This document shows positions 15,623 through 26,400 of a DNA stretch of 64,000 bases, one piece after another (position 1 is the first letter of the stretch; each line of letters starts with the position of its first letter). The translations under genes were made by a program, and so were the position numbers. Origin of the DNA: an uncultured virus (IMG/VR IMGVR_UViG_3300032321_001470) (taxonomy: Duplodnaviria; Heunggongvirae; Uroviricota; Caudoviricetes); the IMG/VR virus record IMGVR_UViG_3300032321_001470; one strand, written 5' to 3'. The notes under the pieces are model-generated. The model worked only from the letters and a program-made list of their open reading frames with translations, did not search any database and was not told where the DNA came from.

Positions 15623-17452
15623 ATGAACTTGGACTTCAAGATTTACACAAATGCCCTAAAGGCATATGAGAACGAGATCGGCGAGAAGTTTGTCGCCGGC
15701 ACCACATCCTCCTCCATCAGGGACCTTCATGGCGACGAGATGTCCCTTAATGCGCTAAAGTCCATGGCTGACACCGCCCGCCAGAATATGACTGTATTCT
15801 TGAATCATAATTACAATGTCCCAGAGGATCTCTTTGGTTCGGCTACTGACGCCGAGATCATCAAGCGATGGGATTCAGAGACAAACCAAGAGGTTTATGA
15901 CCTTGATGTGAATATCCGTGTCGTAAACGAGGATGAAAACCCAGAGGCGCTTAGGGCATATCGCGCAATCAAGCGCGGCGTTAAGTTGGGACTTTCTATT
16001 GGCGCCCGAGTTGAGAAGGCCAGCCGAAAGGCTGCGCAGGGCGATCAGCCAGAGTCAATTGTGATTGAACAAGTCAGACTCCTTGAAGCAAGCGTGGTCG
16101 GCATTCCGGCCAACCAGCGCTCGTACCTCCACAACGCCATTAAGAGCATTAAGTCCGCCGGTGTTGACCTTGATCTTCTTGAGGAAGATTATTTTGAAAC
16201 AAGCGCCAAAGAGGCCGCCGATATCATCGATAGCGTCAAGGCAGTTGAGATTGAAGGTCAGCCAGCGGCAGACAAGTCGCCGCTTATTGGCTCGCTATAC
16301 ACCCTGCTTTCAGAGGCAACTGCCTTCTATCTTAAGGCGCATGGCGCCCATTGGAACGTCGTTGGTGACGACTTTCCTTCATATCACAAGCTTTTCAAGA
16401 AGATCTATGAGGATTCCCAGGAATCCCTTGATCCTATTGCGGAAAGCCTCCGCAAGCTAAACTCTCCAGCTCCTGCGGAGTTGAAGGATTTGGCCAGTAT
16501 GACCTCCGGTCGTACTGAGGCAGAAAGCTATGAGGCAACTGATCTTGCAAAAGATCTCTATGCCGCAAATGAGAAGTTGATTGAGCATATTATGGTTGCC
16601 TTCAAGGCTGCCACTGATCTCAATCAGCAGAGTATTGCCAACTTCCTGGCGGAGCGCCAGGGTAAGCACCTTGAGTGGTCTTGGCAGCTTCGCGCTTCGC
16701 TTGCACCAGAGGAGGAAGAGTCAATGGACAACGAAAAGCCGGAAATGCCGGGCGATGCTCCGGAATCAGCAGAAAGTAGTGTGGAGAATAGTATGGATAG
16801 CGAACTTGAGAAGAAGACCCGTGTGACCGTTACGGTCAGCACGGACAATGAAGATAAGCAGCCAGTAGCGGCCCCTGCGGTCTCGGAAGACGAGACTAAC
16901 CCAGTGGAGAAGGAAGAGGTAAAGGCCTCTGCTTCGCCAGATGGTGAGGAAGACGCTCCGGTGGAAGAGCCTGAGGAGGCCGAAGAGCCTGCTAAGGACC
17001 CATCCGTTGCTGCGCTTGAGGCGCTTGGCGCCAAGCTCGTCGAGGAGGAGAAGTCCCTCGACGGCGATGAATCATCCGTACAGCCGGAAGCGGCAGAGGC
17101 GGAAGTTGTTGTCGAGGCCCCCGTTGAGGAGGCTCCGGCGGCGGAAGTTGTTGAGGCTGATGTGACCCCCCTTGAGGAGGTCAAGTCAATCGCAAAGTCC
17201 GCTCTTGATGCAGCCAACGCTGCTCACGAGGAGGTCGCCGCCCTTCGGGCAAAGGTGACCGAACTTGAGGAGGCGAAGGCCAAGGTCGAAGAGGACATGT
17301 CGAAGACTCTCGATCTCATTGAGCGCATTAGTGCTCTTGGGGTTGGGCGAAAGTCTATTGATGTTCCGCAAGGAATTCAGGTTAAGGCCGCGGAGAATGC
17401 TCCGTGGTTGAGCCCATATGTACAGCGCGTCCTTGAGGCGCAGAAGGATTAA
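15623..17452 (+). CDS. HK97-type prohead protease fused to a Dps/ferritin-like domain and an acidic scaffold-like tail
   Basis: RDLHGD, FLNH, GLSIG, EASVVGIPAN (protease); HWNVVG..F..YHKLF..IY...DPIAE (Dps); Glu/Ala-rich coiled-coil C-terminus; directly precedes the capsid gene. Confidence 0.9.
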   Translation: MNLDFKIYTNALKAYENEIGEKFVAGTTSSSIRDLHGDEMSLNALKSMADTARQNMTVFLNHNYNVPEDLFGSATDAEIIKRWDSETNQEVYDLDVNIRVVNEDENPEALRAYRAIKRGVKLGLSIGARVEKASRKAAQGDQPESIVIEQVRLLEASVVGIPANQRSYLHNAIKSIKSAGVDLDLLEEDYFETSAKEAADIIDSVKAVEIEGQPAADKSPLIGSLYTLLSEATAFYLKAHGAHWNVVGDDFPSYHKLFKKIYEDSQESLDPIAESLRKLNSPAPAELKDLASMTSGRTEAESYEATDLAKDLYAANEKLIEHIMVAFKAATDLNQQSIANFLAERQGKHLEWSWQLRASLAPEEEESMDNEKPEMPGDAPESAESSVENSMDSELEKKTRVTVTVSTDNEDKQPVAAPAVSEDETNPVEKEEVKASASPDGEEDAPVEEPEEAEEPAKDPSVAALEALGAKLVEEEKSLDGDESSVQPEAAEAEVVVEAPVEEAPAAEVVEADVTPLEEVKSIAKSALDAANAAHEEVAALRAKVTELEEAKAKVEEDMSKTLDLIERISALGVGRKSIDVPQGIQVKAAENAPWLSPYVQRVLEAQKD

Positions 17453-17458
17453 TAGATC

Positions 17459-18694
17459 ATGAGTGAGATTCGTGAGAAGCTCCAGGACGTCGAGCGAGGC
17501 CTTGCCTCGTTGAACGACGGCCACGTTGGTCGCGAGATTGACGTCGACAAGAAGAACACGTTTGACCCAGCAGAGGCCTATGCCGTTCAGCGCGAGCTTC
17601 GCAAGAAGTTCTCAAAGATGTCGGCCACCGAGCTCAACGAGATGCTCGATGTTCAGGCTTCAGCTCAGGTTGGCAAGCAGGCCGATTCGGCAGTGCTTAA
17701 CCAGCTTGCAATGTCAAACCCAGCAATCGCAAAGGCCCTCGATAGCTCGGCCGGCACGGCGCTCATCCGCCAGGACCTCGAGCCTATTCTTTACAGCCTT
17801 TTCGTAAAGAAGTTCCCATTCTTTGAGCGCATCCGCAAGGAGCCGGCAAACGGCCTCGTGCACGCGTTCAACCAGCAGACCGCCTACGGCGATGCAGTCT
17901 TCCAGACGGAGACCGGCACCGTGACGGATGACACCGCGACCTATGCGCGCCAGACGACTAACGTCGCCGTGCTTGCTACCCGCCGTGGTATCACCCTGAA
18001 GAACCAGTTTGCGCTTGGCGCCGGTGGTTCACCGTTCAACGGCCTTTCCCAGGAGCTTGGCAGCGGCGTCACCGCCATTGCGCACAAGCTTCAGAAGACC
18101 CTGTTCCAGGGCAACGCAACCGTAACCACGGGTGCGAGCTCCTCAACCGAGCTTGGTGCTTATGATGCCAACTCGTTTGACGGACTTCGCAAGCTCCTTG
18201 GCACGGCCGCTGCTGCCGGTAATGGTATCGTTGGCAAGGGTACGGCTTCGTACCTCTCCACGATTAACACTGCCGTCGCTGGTGTCCTTGACAACGGTGG
18301 TAACCCATCGGCAATCGTTTGCACCCCGACGGACTACGCCGGTCTTGTAAACGAACTTACAAACCTTGTTCGCTTTAACGCCCCTTCGCAGGTTGACCAG
18401 CTCGCTGGCGCAACCTTCGGCTCGGTCGTTACGGCAGCTGGCTCGCTTCCGATCCTTGCGGTCCCAGGCGATGCCATTGGCGCGTATGCAATTTCCGGAA
18501 CCAGCTACCGCGATATGTACGTGGTAGATGAGTCCGGCTGGTCGATGCCGTACCTTGGTTCGGACTCGATCACGACGCTTGAGATCCCGATTGGCGTAAA
18601 CGGCGCCCTAACGCGTCTCTACATCATGTATGTGATGCAGGGCTTTGCGAACAAGGCTCCTCAGTTCCAGTCGAAGATTCGCGTAACCGTCTAA
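17459..18694 (+). CDS. Major capsid protein
   Basis: 411 aa directly after the protease; ALIRQDLEP, LFQGN and FDGLRK motifs; followed by a strong hairpin. Confidence 0.85.
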   Translation: MSEIREKLQDVERGLASLNDGHVGREIDVDKKNTFDPAEAYAVQRELRKKFSKMSATELNEMLDVQASAQVGKQADSAVLNQLAMSNPAIAKALDSSAGTALIRQDLEPILYSLFVKKFPFFERIRKEPANGLVHAFNQQTAYGDAVFQTETGTVTDDTATYARQTTNVAVLATRRGITLKNQFALGAGGSPFNGLSQELGSGVTAIAHKLQKTLFQGNATVTTGASSSTELGAYDANSFDGLRKLLGTAAAAGNGIVGKGTASYLSTINTAVAGVLDNGGNPSAIVCTPTDYAGLVNELTNLVRFNAPSQVDQLAGATFGSVVTAAGSLPILAVPGDAIGAYAISGTSYRDMYVVDESGWSMPYLGSDSITTLEIPIGVNGALTRLYIMYVMQGFANKAPQFQSKIRVTV

Positions 18695-18712
18695 TCTAGA
18701 CAATTTGCTGAA

Positions 18713-18738
18713 GGGACCCCGGAGAAATCCGGGGTCCC
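18713..18738 (+). terminator. Hairpin after the capsid gene
   Basis: GGGACCCCGGA-GAAA-TCCGGGGTCCC; no U-tract. Confidence 0.6.
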
Positions 18739-18758
18739 AGAAGCGTTAGGAGCAGAAA

Positions 18759-19079
18759 ATGTTTGATGATAAGAAGGAAGCTCCTGCGGTAGACTCCGCA
18801 GCAGTAGCCAAGAAGGCCGTTGCGGCTGCAAAGGTTGCTGTTGCTGACGACCAAATTGTTGTAGTTCGCAATCACAGCGGCCTATCCTCGTTGGTCATAA
18901 GCGACGGCACCGTCGTTCGTTTCCATCTTGGTGTTGGAAAAGTGAAGGCAAAGCATCTTATTGAGGCGATTGCCCAGGGTTGCACCGTTGAGGCGGAATC
19001 CGCAATTGCACCAGCAAAGAATGAGCTTACCGATGCCCAAAAGGCTGAGCTGGAGAAGGTTTTCGGCAAGGCCGAGTAA
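18759..19079 (+). CDS. Hypothetical head-associated protein
   Basis: AGGAG RBS; position after the capsid gene. Confidence 0.65.
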   Translation: MFDDKKEAPAVDSAAVAKKAVAAAKVAVADDQIVVVRNHSGLSSLVISDGTVVRFHLGVGKVKAKHLIEAIAQGCTVEAESAIAPAKNELTDAQKAELEKVFGKAE

Positions 19080-19157
19080 TTAACTCCGTAGTTTGCACTG
19101 GGGCTCGCAGGACACTTATTAGGTGCCATGCGGGCCCCATTGCTTTAGGATGGACAC

Positions 19158-20078
19158 ATGATAAAAGTTACCGTAAACATCGCTGACCCTTCGGCATCGG
19201 CCGCCGCATACACCAGCATCCAAATCGGCAGGGCCTCAACTGAGGCGTATGCCAACGCCCAGAACGGAACATTCACTAACATTGGATCAGTTATTACCCT
19301 CGACTCAAAGGTTGGGGTTTACAACTACACTGACTCAGGCCAGCCAACCAACTACTGGTACACCTATAGGCTATTTAACACGGGGACATCCGCAGCAGGA
19401 GCATGGGCAACCGCATTCCAAGGCAAGGAGATGGGCTATCTTACGGTCTCCGAGTTTAGGGAATATGAGCTTGGCGCCCTCTCTCTCCCAGATGGCACGG
19501 AGTCTACCGACAACAGGCTTGAGAGGCTCATCGCTGTGGCGTCTTCAATGGTAGACAGCTACTGCGGCTTTTCCTTCCAGCACCTTGAAAGCACCGAGCA
19601 GCACACCTGGAACCACCAGACGCGCAGAGTATTCCCATATAACTCCCCGATCATATCTGTTGGCTCCCTTGAAGTATTTGTTAGCAACACCCAGAGGGCC
19701 ACGTTTGACAATAACGATCTTTTCATTAACACTACGCAGAACTATGTTGAGGTCACAAGCCTAGCAAACGTCACCTACTCGCTTTTCCCGGCCATTGTTG
19801 CGCTTGGGTTGATTAACCCGGTGGCAAAGATTGTCTATACTCACGGGTATAAGGTGACCCCGCACGAGATCAAGGATGCGACTGCTTTGATTGCAATCGA
19901 CCTCGCTGCTAGGGACTCCCTGTATCAGAGCGGGATGGGACTGCTGACAAGGCTTACGGTTGGAGACACCACGATGGAAAGACTCCCACAGGTCTCTGCC
20001 GGAAGGTATTCCTCCTTGTCCATACCGCCAACCGCAGCGGCAATCCTTGATCAGTACATCTCGGTATCCCTGAGATGA
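19158..20078 (+). CDS. Head-tail adaptor/connector with an N-terminal beta-rich domain
   Basis: YLTVSEF...LIAVASSMVDSYCG...YTHGY...P.EIKDAT...ILDQY pattern. Confidence 0.75.
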   Translation: MIKVTVNIADPSASAAAYTSIQIGRASTEAYANAQNGTFTNIGSVITLDSKVGVYNYTDSGQPTNYWYTYRLFNTGTSAAGAWATAFQGKEMGYLTVSEFREYELGALSLPDGTESTDNRLERLIAVASSMVDSYCGFSFQHLESTEQHTWNHQTRRVFPYNSPIISVGSLEVFVSNTQRATFDNNDLFINTTQNYVEVTSLANVTYSLFPAIVALGLINPVAKIVYTHGYKVTPHEIKDATALIAIDLAARDSLYQSGMGLLTRLTVGDTTMERLPQVSAGRYSSLSIPPTAAAILDQYISVSLR

Positions 20079-20410
20079 TTCCGGGGGCTATGGCAACGGT
20101 CACGCTTAAGAGAAGAGGGATGTCCAGCCAAGCCGCCGATGGAACGCCAATCACAACCGACGAAACAATATGGATAAAGAAGTGCCACTACCAATCTCTC
20201 AGACAAGACGGAAGCAGGGACTACGCCAACCCAACGGGAATGACCTCTAGGCAGGTCTACCGATTCTGGACCCCGTACCTAGAAGGTAGGGATAAGCCGG
20301 TACTCAATGACCGACTAGAGACCGATGGCCTCGAGTTCCGCGTTATCGCGGTAGACTTCGAGGCCATCCGTCACCATTTGCTACTCCGCGCGGAGCGCGT
20401 TGATCGCTAG
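20075..20410 (+). CDS. Head closure/stopper protein
   Basis: Size, position and TVTLKR...NDRLETDGLEFRVIAVD pattern. Confidence 0.65.
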   Translation: MIPGAMATVTLKRRGMSSQAADGTPITTDETIWIKKCHYQSLRQDGSRDYANPTGMTSRQVYRFWTPYLEGRDKPVLNDRLETDGLEFRVIAVDFEAIRHHLLLRAERVDR

Positions 20411-21621
20411 TCGATACGGCAGGCCATAACCTTCAGGTCATCCCAGCCGTCCTTATTAACCGCCAAAGTCAAGATCCCTGCGGGCGCGTCTACGCCCGCA
20501 ACCTCTCGGTACCACTGCGAGCCACCATCAAGCGACGGCGCCTGAATGTGTGTTCTGGCTCCGTGCTGGGCAAGGGCCAGGTGGTGGTAGTGGCCGGTCA
20601 AGAGTAGCGTCGCGTCAGAGACAGGAGCCATTCCTAAGGCCTGACGAGCCCACCAGTTCTCAATCTTGCCAATAGCGTTGCCACCGCCCCTTCGGGCCTG
20701 GTGACCGTGCGCAAGGGCGACAATCGTCCCGTAGACATCAATTACCATGGCCAGATCATTCTTTGGGATGACAAACTTCACGTGACCGTATGCTTCCTCG
20801 TTAGCGGCAAGGATCTCCGCGACCTGCTCAAATACGGCAACGTCGTCGTTATCACCGAAGGTGGTAAAGGCTTTGCCGTTCTTGCGGTTTTCACCATGGT
20901 TGCCAGGGATGCAGGCAACCAGCATCTCTGGGGCAAACTTAGACCATTGCGTCAGCGCCTTGGTAATCAGTCGACGAGCGACTGTGACCTGCTCACGGCG
21001 GTCCAGGTCTGTCTGGAATGCTTGCATGTCATAGTGCCCGTCGCAGGATTCGATGATGTCACCGAGGCCAACAACGACCATCTTGGACAGGGGCCTGCCA
21101 GCCTTGCGAAGCTCCTTCCAGCGGGTCTCAACCTCGTTGATGCCAGCAAGGAAGCGCTCTACGATCTTGGCACTGCCGCCGTTCTCGCCTTTGCCGAGCT
21201 GGAGGTCGGAGATGGCGACAACCATAGCCGTTCCGCTATCGGCGACAACTGGTCGAACAAAACGATGCTTCTTAATCTCGTCAATGATCTCGTGTACGTC
21301 GTTGTTCATTGACGCGGTCTTGCGTACAACCTTGCCCTTCCACTGCCTGTTCAGCACGCCAAGCGTGTCGCCCCAGACGTTAAAAAGAACTGGCTCTACA
21401 ACGTCAAAATGCTCTGGATCAAGCCCCCAAACCTTGAGCACGGTGGCCCAATCGGGGGCGTTTTCTGCCGGCATTCCGGTCGTGGTAATGGTTCCCTCAT
21501 TGCCGTTCCAAGACACCCCAGGCTCCCAGCCCTCTGGGTGCTGGCGCTTTGGCCGCCTCTCGGCCTGCATTTCCGTCTGGATTGCCTTGATTTCGTCTAA
21601 TGGGTTTCCCACTATTCGCAC
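20407..21621 (-). CDS. Calcineurin-like metallophosphoesterase
   Basis: SDLQLGK, GDIIE, GNHGE, HGHQ and GHYHH motifs. Confidence 0.88.
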   Translation of the reverse strand: MRIVGNPLDEIKAIQTEMQAERRPKRQHPEGWEPGVSWNGNEGTITTTGMPAENAPDWATVLKVWGLDPEHFDVVEPVLFNVWGDTLGVLNRQWKGKVVRKTASMNNDVHEIIDEIKKHRFVRPVVADSGTAMVVAISDLQLGKGENGGSAKIVERFLAGINEVETRWKELRKAGRPLSKMVVVGLGDIIESCDGHYDMQAFQTDLDRREQVTVARRLITKALTQWSKFAPEMLVACIPGNHGENRKNGKAFTTFGDNDDVAVFEQVAEILAANEEAYGHVKFVIPKNDLAMVIDVYGTIVALAHGHQARRGGGNAIGKIENWWARQALGMAPVSDATLLLTGHYHHLALAQHGARTHIQAPSLDGGSQWYREVAGVDAPAGILTLAVNKDGWDDLKVMACRID

Positions 21622-21851
21622 CTACACTCTTTCCGGCGATGTCGGGCAAGCGTATGAGGCTTGGCGTCATGGCCATTCTTTAGCAGCCATCTGGAGATGG
21701 CGCTAGAGTCAATAGAGGGGTCACCAAGCGCCGCGACCATTGCATCCCGCTTTTCCCCATCAACAGAGGACAGGATTGCTTTAACGCTGCACTGCGGACC
21801 CTTCTTTGTGGATGTTCCACGGATCTCGTCCAGAATGTTTTCCACAGACAT
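21612..21851 (-). CDS. Small DNA-binding-like protein (HRRKECRC)
   Basis: GAAGGAG RBS; type commonly found next to phage metallophosphoesterases. Confidence 0.65.
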   Translation of the reverse strand: MSVENILDEIRGTSTKKGPQCSVKAILSSVDGEKRDAMVAALGDPSIDSSAISRWLLKNGHDAKPHTLARHRRKECRCE

Positions 21852-21950
21852 ATACGCTCCTTCTTTTACGGTAGGACATTCACCTACCGAGACAGCATAA
21901 CAGGTATACGGATACTTTTCCACATGTGCACACAAATGTGTACGGGAAAG

Positions 21951-21984
21951 AGGAAGCCCCGGTGGGGCGTCACCGGGGCTTCCT
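21951..21984 (-). terminator. Terminator hairpin at the end of the lysis/tail transcript
   Basis: AGGAAGCCCCGGTG-N6-CACCGGGGCTTCCT. Confidence 0.65.
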
Positions 21985-22012
21985 GAAAGGAGGGGTTCGG
22001 GACCCCTCGCTG

Positions 22013-22162
22013 TTACTTGCCGAGAAGGCGGCCTAGGAGGCCCTTCTTCTTAGGAGCCGCACTCTTTTTCGCGGGGCTCTTCTTGGCTGCTGGCTTTGCT
22101 GCCGGCTTGCCTGCCTTCTTGGCTGGTGCTGGCTTTGGAGCGACCTTCTTCTTGTCTGCCAT
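22013..22162 (-). CDS. 49-aa Lys/Ala/Pro-rich histone H1-like peptide
   Basis: AGGAG RBS; PAKK repeats; amphipathic GLLGRLLGK end. Confidence 0.7.
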   Translation of the reverse strand: MADKKKVAPKPAPAKKAGKPAAKPAAKKSPAKKSAAPKKKGLLGRLLGK

Positions 22163-22222
22163 TTCTGATTGTTCTCCTACTATACGACTTGCGGCTAACT
22201 GCCGCAATGCCACTATAGCACA

Positions 22223-22609
22223 TTACTTGGCAGGCTCTTCTTCGTCCCAGGACTCGCCAGCAAGGCTTCCAGCAAGCTGGTCGGCAACTCCATCGCCGTC
22301 GGTATCGATTGCGGAGCCGGCAATGTGGGAGGTATCCGCCAGGGCGGCCTTCTCCTCAGCCTTTACGGCCTTCGCCTTGCCAACGCCAAACTTCGTATCC
22401 TCTGGGTTGAGGGCACGAACGATGACCTGGAGGGTTGCCGCAATGGCGCCAGACGCCACGGTTCGGAAGTCGTCGTTGCTCATATCCAGGATTGGAGCCC
22501 CGGTCGCAAGCATAACGGCAATACCGGTTGCAAGTCCAACGCGGAACGCCTCGAGAAGCGCCTCGTCAACACCCGTGTTGTCCATAATCCACTTAATCTT
22601 TGTAAACAT
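22223..22609 (-). CDS. Putative holin
   Basis: Two hydrophobic segments followed by RALNPEDTKFG; directly after the putative lysin. Confidence 0.6.
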   Translation of the reverse strand: MFTKIKWIMDNTGVDEALLEAFRVGLATGIAVMLATGAPILDMSNDDFRTVASGAIAATLQVIVRALNPEDTKFGVGKAKAVKAEEKAALADTSHIAGSAIDTDGDGVADQLAGSLAGESWDEEEPAK

Positions 22610-22618
22610 TCTACTCTC

Positions 22619-23395
22619 CTATCGCTTTACTTTTCCGGTGCCACCACAACTTGGGCACGGGATTTCTGCTGCCGGTGCCGCCGGCTGCGGTGCTGGAGCA
22701 ACCGGGGCCGCAGCAACTGGTGCTGGGGCCACTGCCGCTACTGGCTGAGCCACTGGTGCTGGTGCGACCCAACCCTTTGGCGCTGTGATAATGATGATGT
22801 GCTTAAACGCTGGGGCAACGTGCTTCTTAGACACGCGCTTCGAGTCGGCAAGAGTGAGGAGGATCTTCTCGTCAATCTTTACGCCAAACTGCTCGGCACC
22901 CTTACCGGAACGCGTTGGGCATGCCCACTGCCAACCATCAATTGGGTCATAGACCGCAGAGGTCATATGGCCATATGTTCTGGTTGGCTGCTTCTGCTTG
23001 ACCCACCACCAGCGCTCCCACTTTGCATGCCATGCGGAAACCTCCAGGCCCTTAGGGTAGCCAGCTGGCTGCTCAACCCAAACACCTAGGGCTGCACCCG
23101 CCTTTGCGGAGTTAATAACGTCGTTCCAGTCCTTTGCCCAGCGAGCATCGGCACCGAGAACCTTTGCAGTCTTAATTAGGTCAGCAAGCGTTGAGCCATT
23201 GTCGCTCACGCCCTGCTTTTCCACAAAGCCAGTAGCCTTTGCCTTTGCGGCGATACCATCGCCGGCAGAGAAATCCTTCCCTGGGGCGTACTTAAACACC
23301 CACGCTACGCAGGCGGCTACAGATGAGGGACCGCAGTCGTCTAGAATTCCACCCTTTTCCTCGTGGTCGAGCTGAGACTTAACCTTATACTTCAT
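22619..23395 (-). CDS. Papain-like (C39-related) cysteine peptidase, putative endolysin
   Basis: SQ...DCGPSS (Gln/Cys), YGHM (His), Pro/Ala linker; lysis-cassette position. Confidence 0.65.
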   Translation of the reverse strand: MKYKVKSQLDHEEKGGILDDCGPSSVAACVAWVFKYAPGKDFSAGDGIAAKAKATGFVEKQGVSDNGSTLADLIKTAKVLGADARWAKDWNDVINSAKAGAALGVWVEQPAGYPKGLEVSAWHAKWERWWWVKQKQPTRTYGHMTSAVYDPIDGWQWACPTRSGKGAEQFGVKIDEKILLTLADSKRVSKKHVAPAFKHIIIITAPKGWVAPAPVAQPVAAVAPAPVAAAPVAPAPQPAAPAAEIPCPSCGGTGKVKR

Positions 23396-23459
23396 AGCCC
23401 ACTCCTAACTTAGCCCCTAGTTGAGGCTTAGTCATTATAAGCTATATAGGGCCCCTAAA

Positions 23460-26400
23460 CTAGGCTTCTAGTTCTGCGATTCGGGCTTCAAGGGCGCTGT
23501 TCTTCTGGGCCAACTCCTTAATTGCGCCAATAAGGAAGACTGGTAGTTGGGAATATTGAACACTTTCAATCTCCCCAGTCTCTTCGTTGTATCTGCAAAT
23601 ACGCTTCATGTCATCGCTAATTGCCTCAACCTCTTCAGCAATCAGTCCGGTCATTGAGCCAGTCTCCTCGCTCTTAGTTGTTTCTGGGTTCCATTTAAAT
23701 GTTACTGGGCGCAATTGCAAAACATCACTTAGCGGAACAGTGAAATCTTCAATATCCTGCTTGTACCTTCTTGCGGAACTAAATCTCGAAATCGTTCCAG
23801 CCCCCGAAGTGGTACTAATGTAAAGATCAGATGAGCTTGAAGTGATGGAAACGCTGACACGTAGATCCTCAGTCACATAAAATAGGCCTGAGGTATACCA
23901 AATTTGCCCATCCGTTGTACTGTCAAAAACAATACCGCCTGCGATAGTGTCATCTACGGTTACTTTTGTTGTCGAGGTTATACTGCCTACAACATTAAGG
24001 TCGTTATTCATGTTAAACCGCCCATTTGCTCCGTCAAATGATAGCGTTGCTCCGTTTGTGGTTCCTGGGGTTCCGCCGTAAATCCTAATCGCCCCATCGC
24101 TACCGGCGCTTCCGTTACCGTAAACCCTAAGATCGCCAGCAACGCTTGTTCCGTTGCCGACGGTAACAAGCCCGCTGTAGTTAACCTTAAATATGTCTGA
24201 AGATCGGCCTACTGCGAAATACCCATCGTAGAGTCTAAGCTGGCCGGAGGCATCAAGTCTCATTCTCTCCGTGAATGTTGCTGGGCTTTGCGTGTAGTGC
24301 CCAACGCTGAGGACCTCTCCGGTAAGGACGGCAAGGTCGCCAATGTTTGAATTCTTGCTAATTAGGACTCCTGGTTTTGAGCTTGAACCAGATGCAGTCA
24401 CTGTTGAAAGGAATGCATCCGTTGCCTCAACTGCCCCGTTTGAGCCAACTTTAAAGTTTGGTGAGGTTATGGAGTAGTAGTCGTTCTTCTCATTTCCGGT
24501 TCCGAATGGCGAGAGCGTTGTGGCCGCAACAGTGCCGGTAACAAGGGAGGTGTACTTTAGCGTCGACCCAGTTGTCCCAGATATCGCTGTAAAGACACCG
24601 TCAAACCCCTGGCCAACTGTTGCGTCTGCGTTTGCGATTCTGACCCTTTCGCCTACCGCAACGTTGTGGGAAACAAGGGTTCCCTCAGCGTTAGAGGTTG
24701 TCAGGGTTACCGTGTATCCAGTTCTTTGCTTTGTCTTAATGTAAAAAGTCGCCCCCTCGGAGCCCCATCGGTCGTCTAGATAAAGCTGCCCACCCTTGAT
24801 AACTCCAGCGTCAATTCCAGCTGTGCTAATAAGACCAGCGGTAATAGAGTTGGCGACAATGTCATTGCTTCCAACTGCGTTTTCCCAGGCCGCGCCGCCA
24901 GCGGCAACCTTCCTGAGTCTCGCAGGAGTCCCGCCAAGGTGGTAGACAATGGTCCCCTCTGGGTAGCTTGAAGACGGTACTGTGGGCAGGGTTGCTTCGG
25001 ATATGATCTCTATTGCCTTAAGTGTTGACGCCAACTTGCTGGCCGTAATGGCATTATTGCTTAGGTCCTCGCTCTTGATTTGAACCGGGCTGACAATCTC
25101 TGAGTCATCGCTCATTTCGCTTGCGGTGTTATCTGTACTCATTGCCCGAACTTGATATCTATAGTTTAGGGCGTATGAAAGCCCGTTGTCGTTGATGTAA
25201 TTTGCCTTAGTGTTCTGTATTGTTCTGAACTCAGTAAAGTTGTAGATTGCCCATCCAGTTGCCGCAACGGAGGTAATGAGACCGCTCTCGACGGACGTGT
25301 AGGTAAAGGTGGTTGTTGTGGTCCCGGTAACGGTCCACTCTCCCTCAATCTTGTTTGCCGCCTGACCGTAGATGTCGTTGTCCATCTCAATGCGGACCTT
25401 GTCACCATTGACCATTCCATGGGCGCCAGAGGTTGTGATTGTTACGGTAGTAAGCGCCCTTGCCACATTTGTAATTGCTTTAAATATCCCGTCCTGGCGC
25501 TGAACCTCAAACGACGAGAGGTTCTTGTTGCGCTCAATATCCTCATTAAATCCCCAGCTGACAGTGGCGGACTGGATGCTTGCGACCGCGTGAATCTCTG
25601 ATGGGGGCGCAGGCGTCGGTGGTACAGGGTTAATTTTATCAAGCTCCCTGAGCCGCTCGCTAACAAGAATAAACGAGTTTCTTTGCAGCCTTATATCTCC
25701 ACCAACCGTAATGCTGTAAACAACGTCCATGCCAAGCATCTTTGCCTTAACGGACTTGACGATAAGTGGCTTTGCAACGTCCATCGTATCCCAGATAAAT
25801 GGGATGATGTCGCCAACGTTTGGTACTGGATATACCGCGTCGTATGCATCTCTTGGCCGGATATCAAACTCATACGACTCAATTGGTAGGCCGTTCTCTT
25901 TCCAGAAACCCTGAGCAGCAAGTTGCGCGTCAGCAAGCGTTTCCACCTTGTCGTCTGTTTTTGCGGTCTCAATAATCTTTCCATTTGTCGCCCAAATACC
26001 AGGGACAAAGTCGTAATCAACATACTGAACTGGATTACCGCTTTCGTCAGTTAGGGCGACTTTATTTCCGTCTGCGTCCCTAGTGCGGAAGACTGCGTAC
26101 AGATGCAGTCTATTTGCCGAGTTTCCCGACTCCACAGGGCTGCTTGGGATTTCCATCTCATAAACAGGCACGGCATGCGTTGCGGAGTCCTCTACGTCGC
26201 CGTAGCCCATGGCTCCGGTGATCTGTACGGCGCTCCAATCGGTGAATGAGGCAGATCCGCTTTGTAGGTTTGTGCAAAGGCCCCTCAGGCCAAAGTACGC
26301 GGCAGAGGCTGGCGCCGTTGCCGTTTTCCATACCCTATGCCAGGTTCCTACTGGGGAGCCAGGAAGGCTCCCCATGGAAACAGTAGACAGCTCTGCACCT

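Noticed and set aside
16624..17217. Ser-rich 197-aa minus-strand ORF
   Set aside because: Antisense of the Glu-rich scaffold region.
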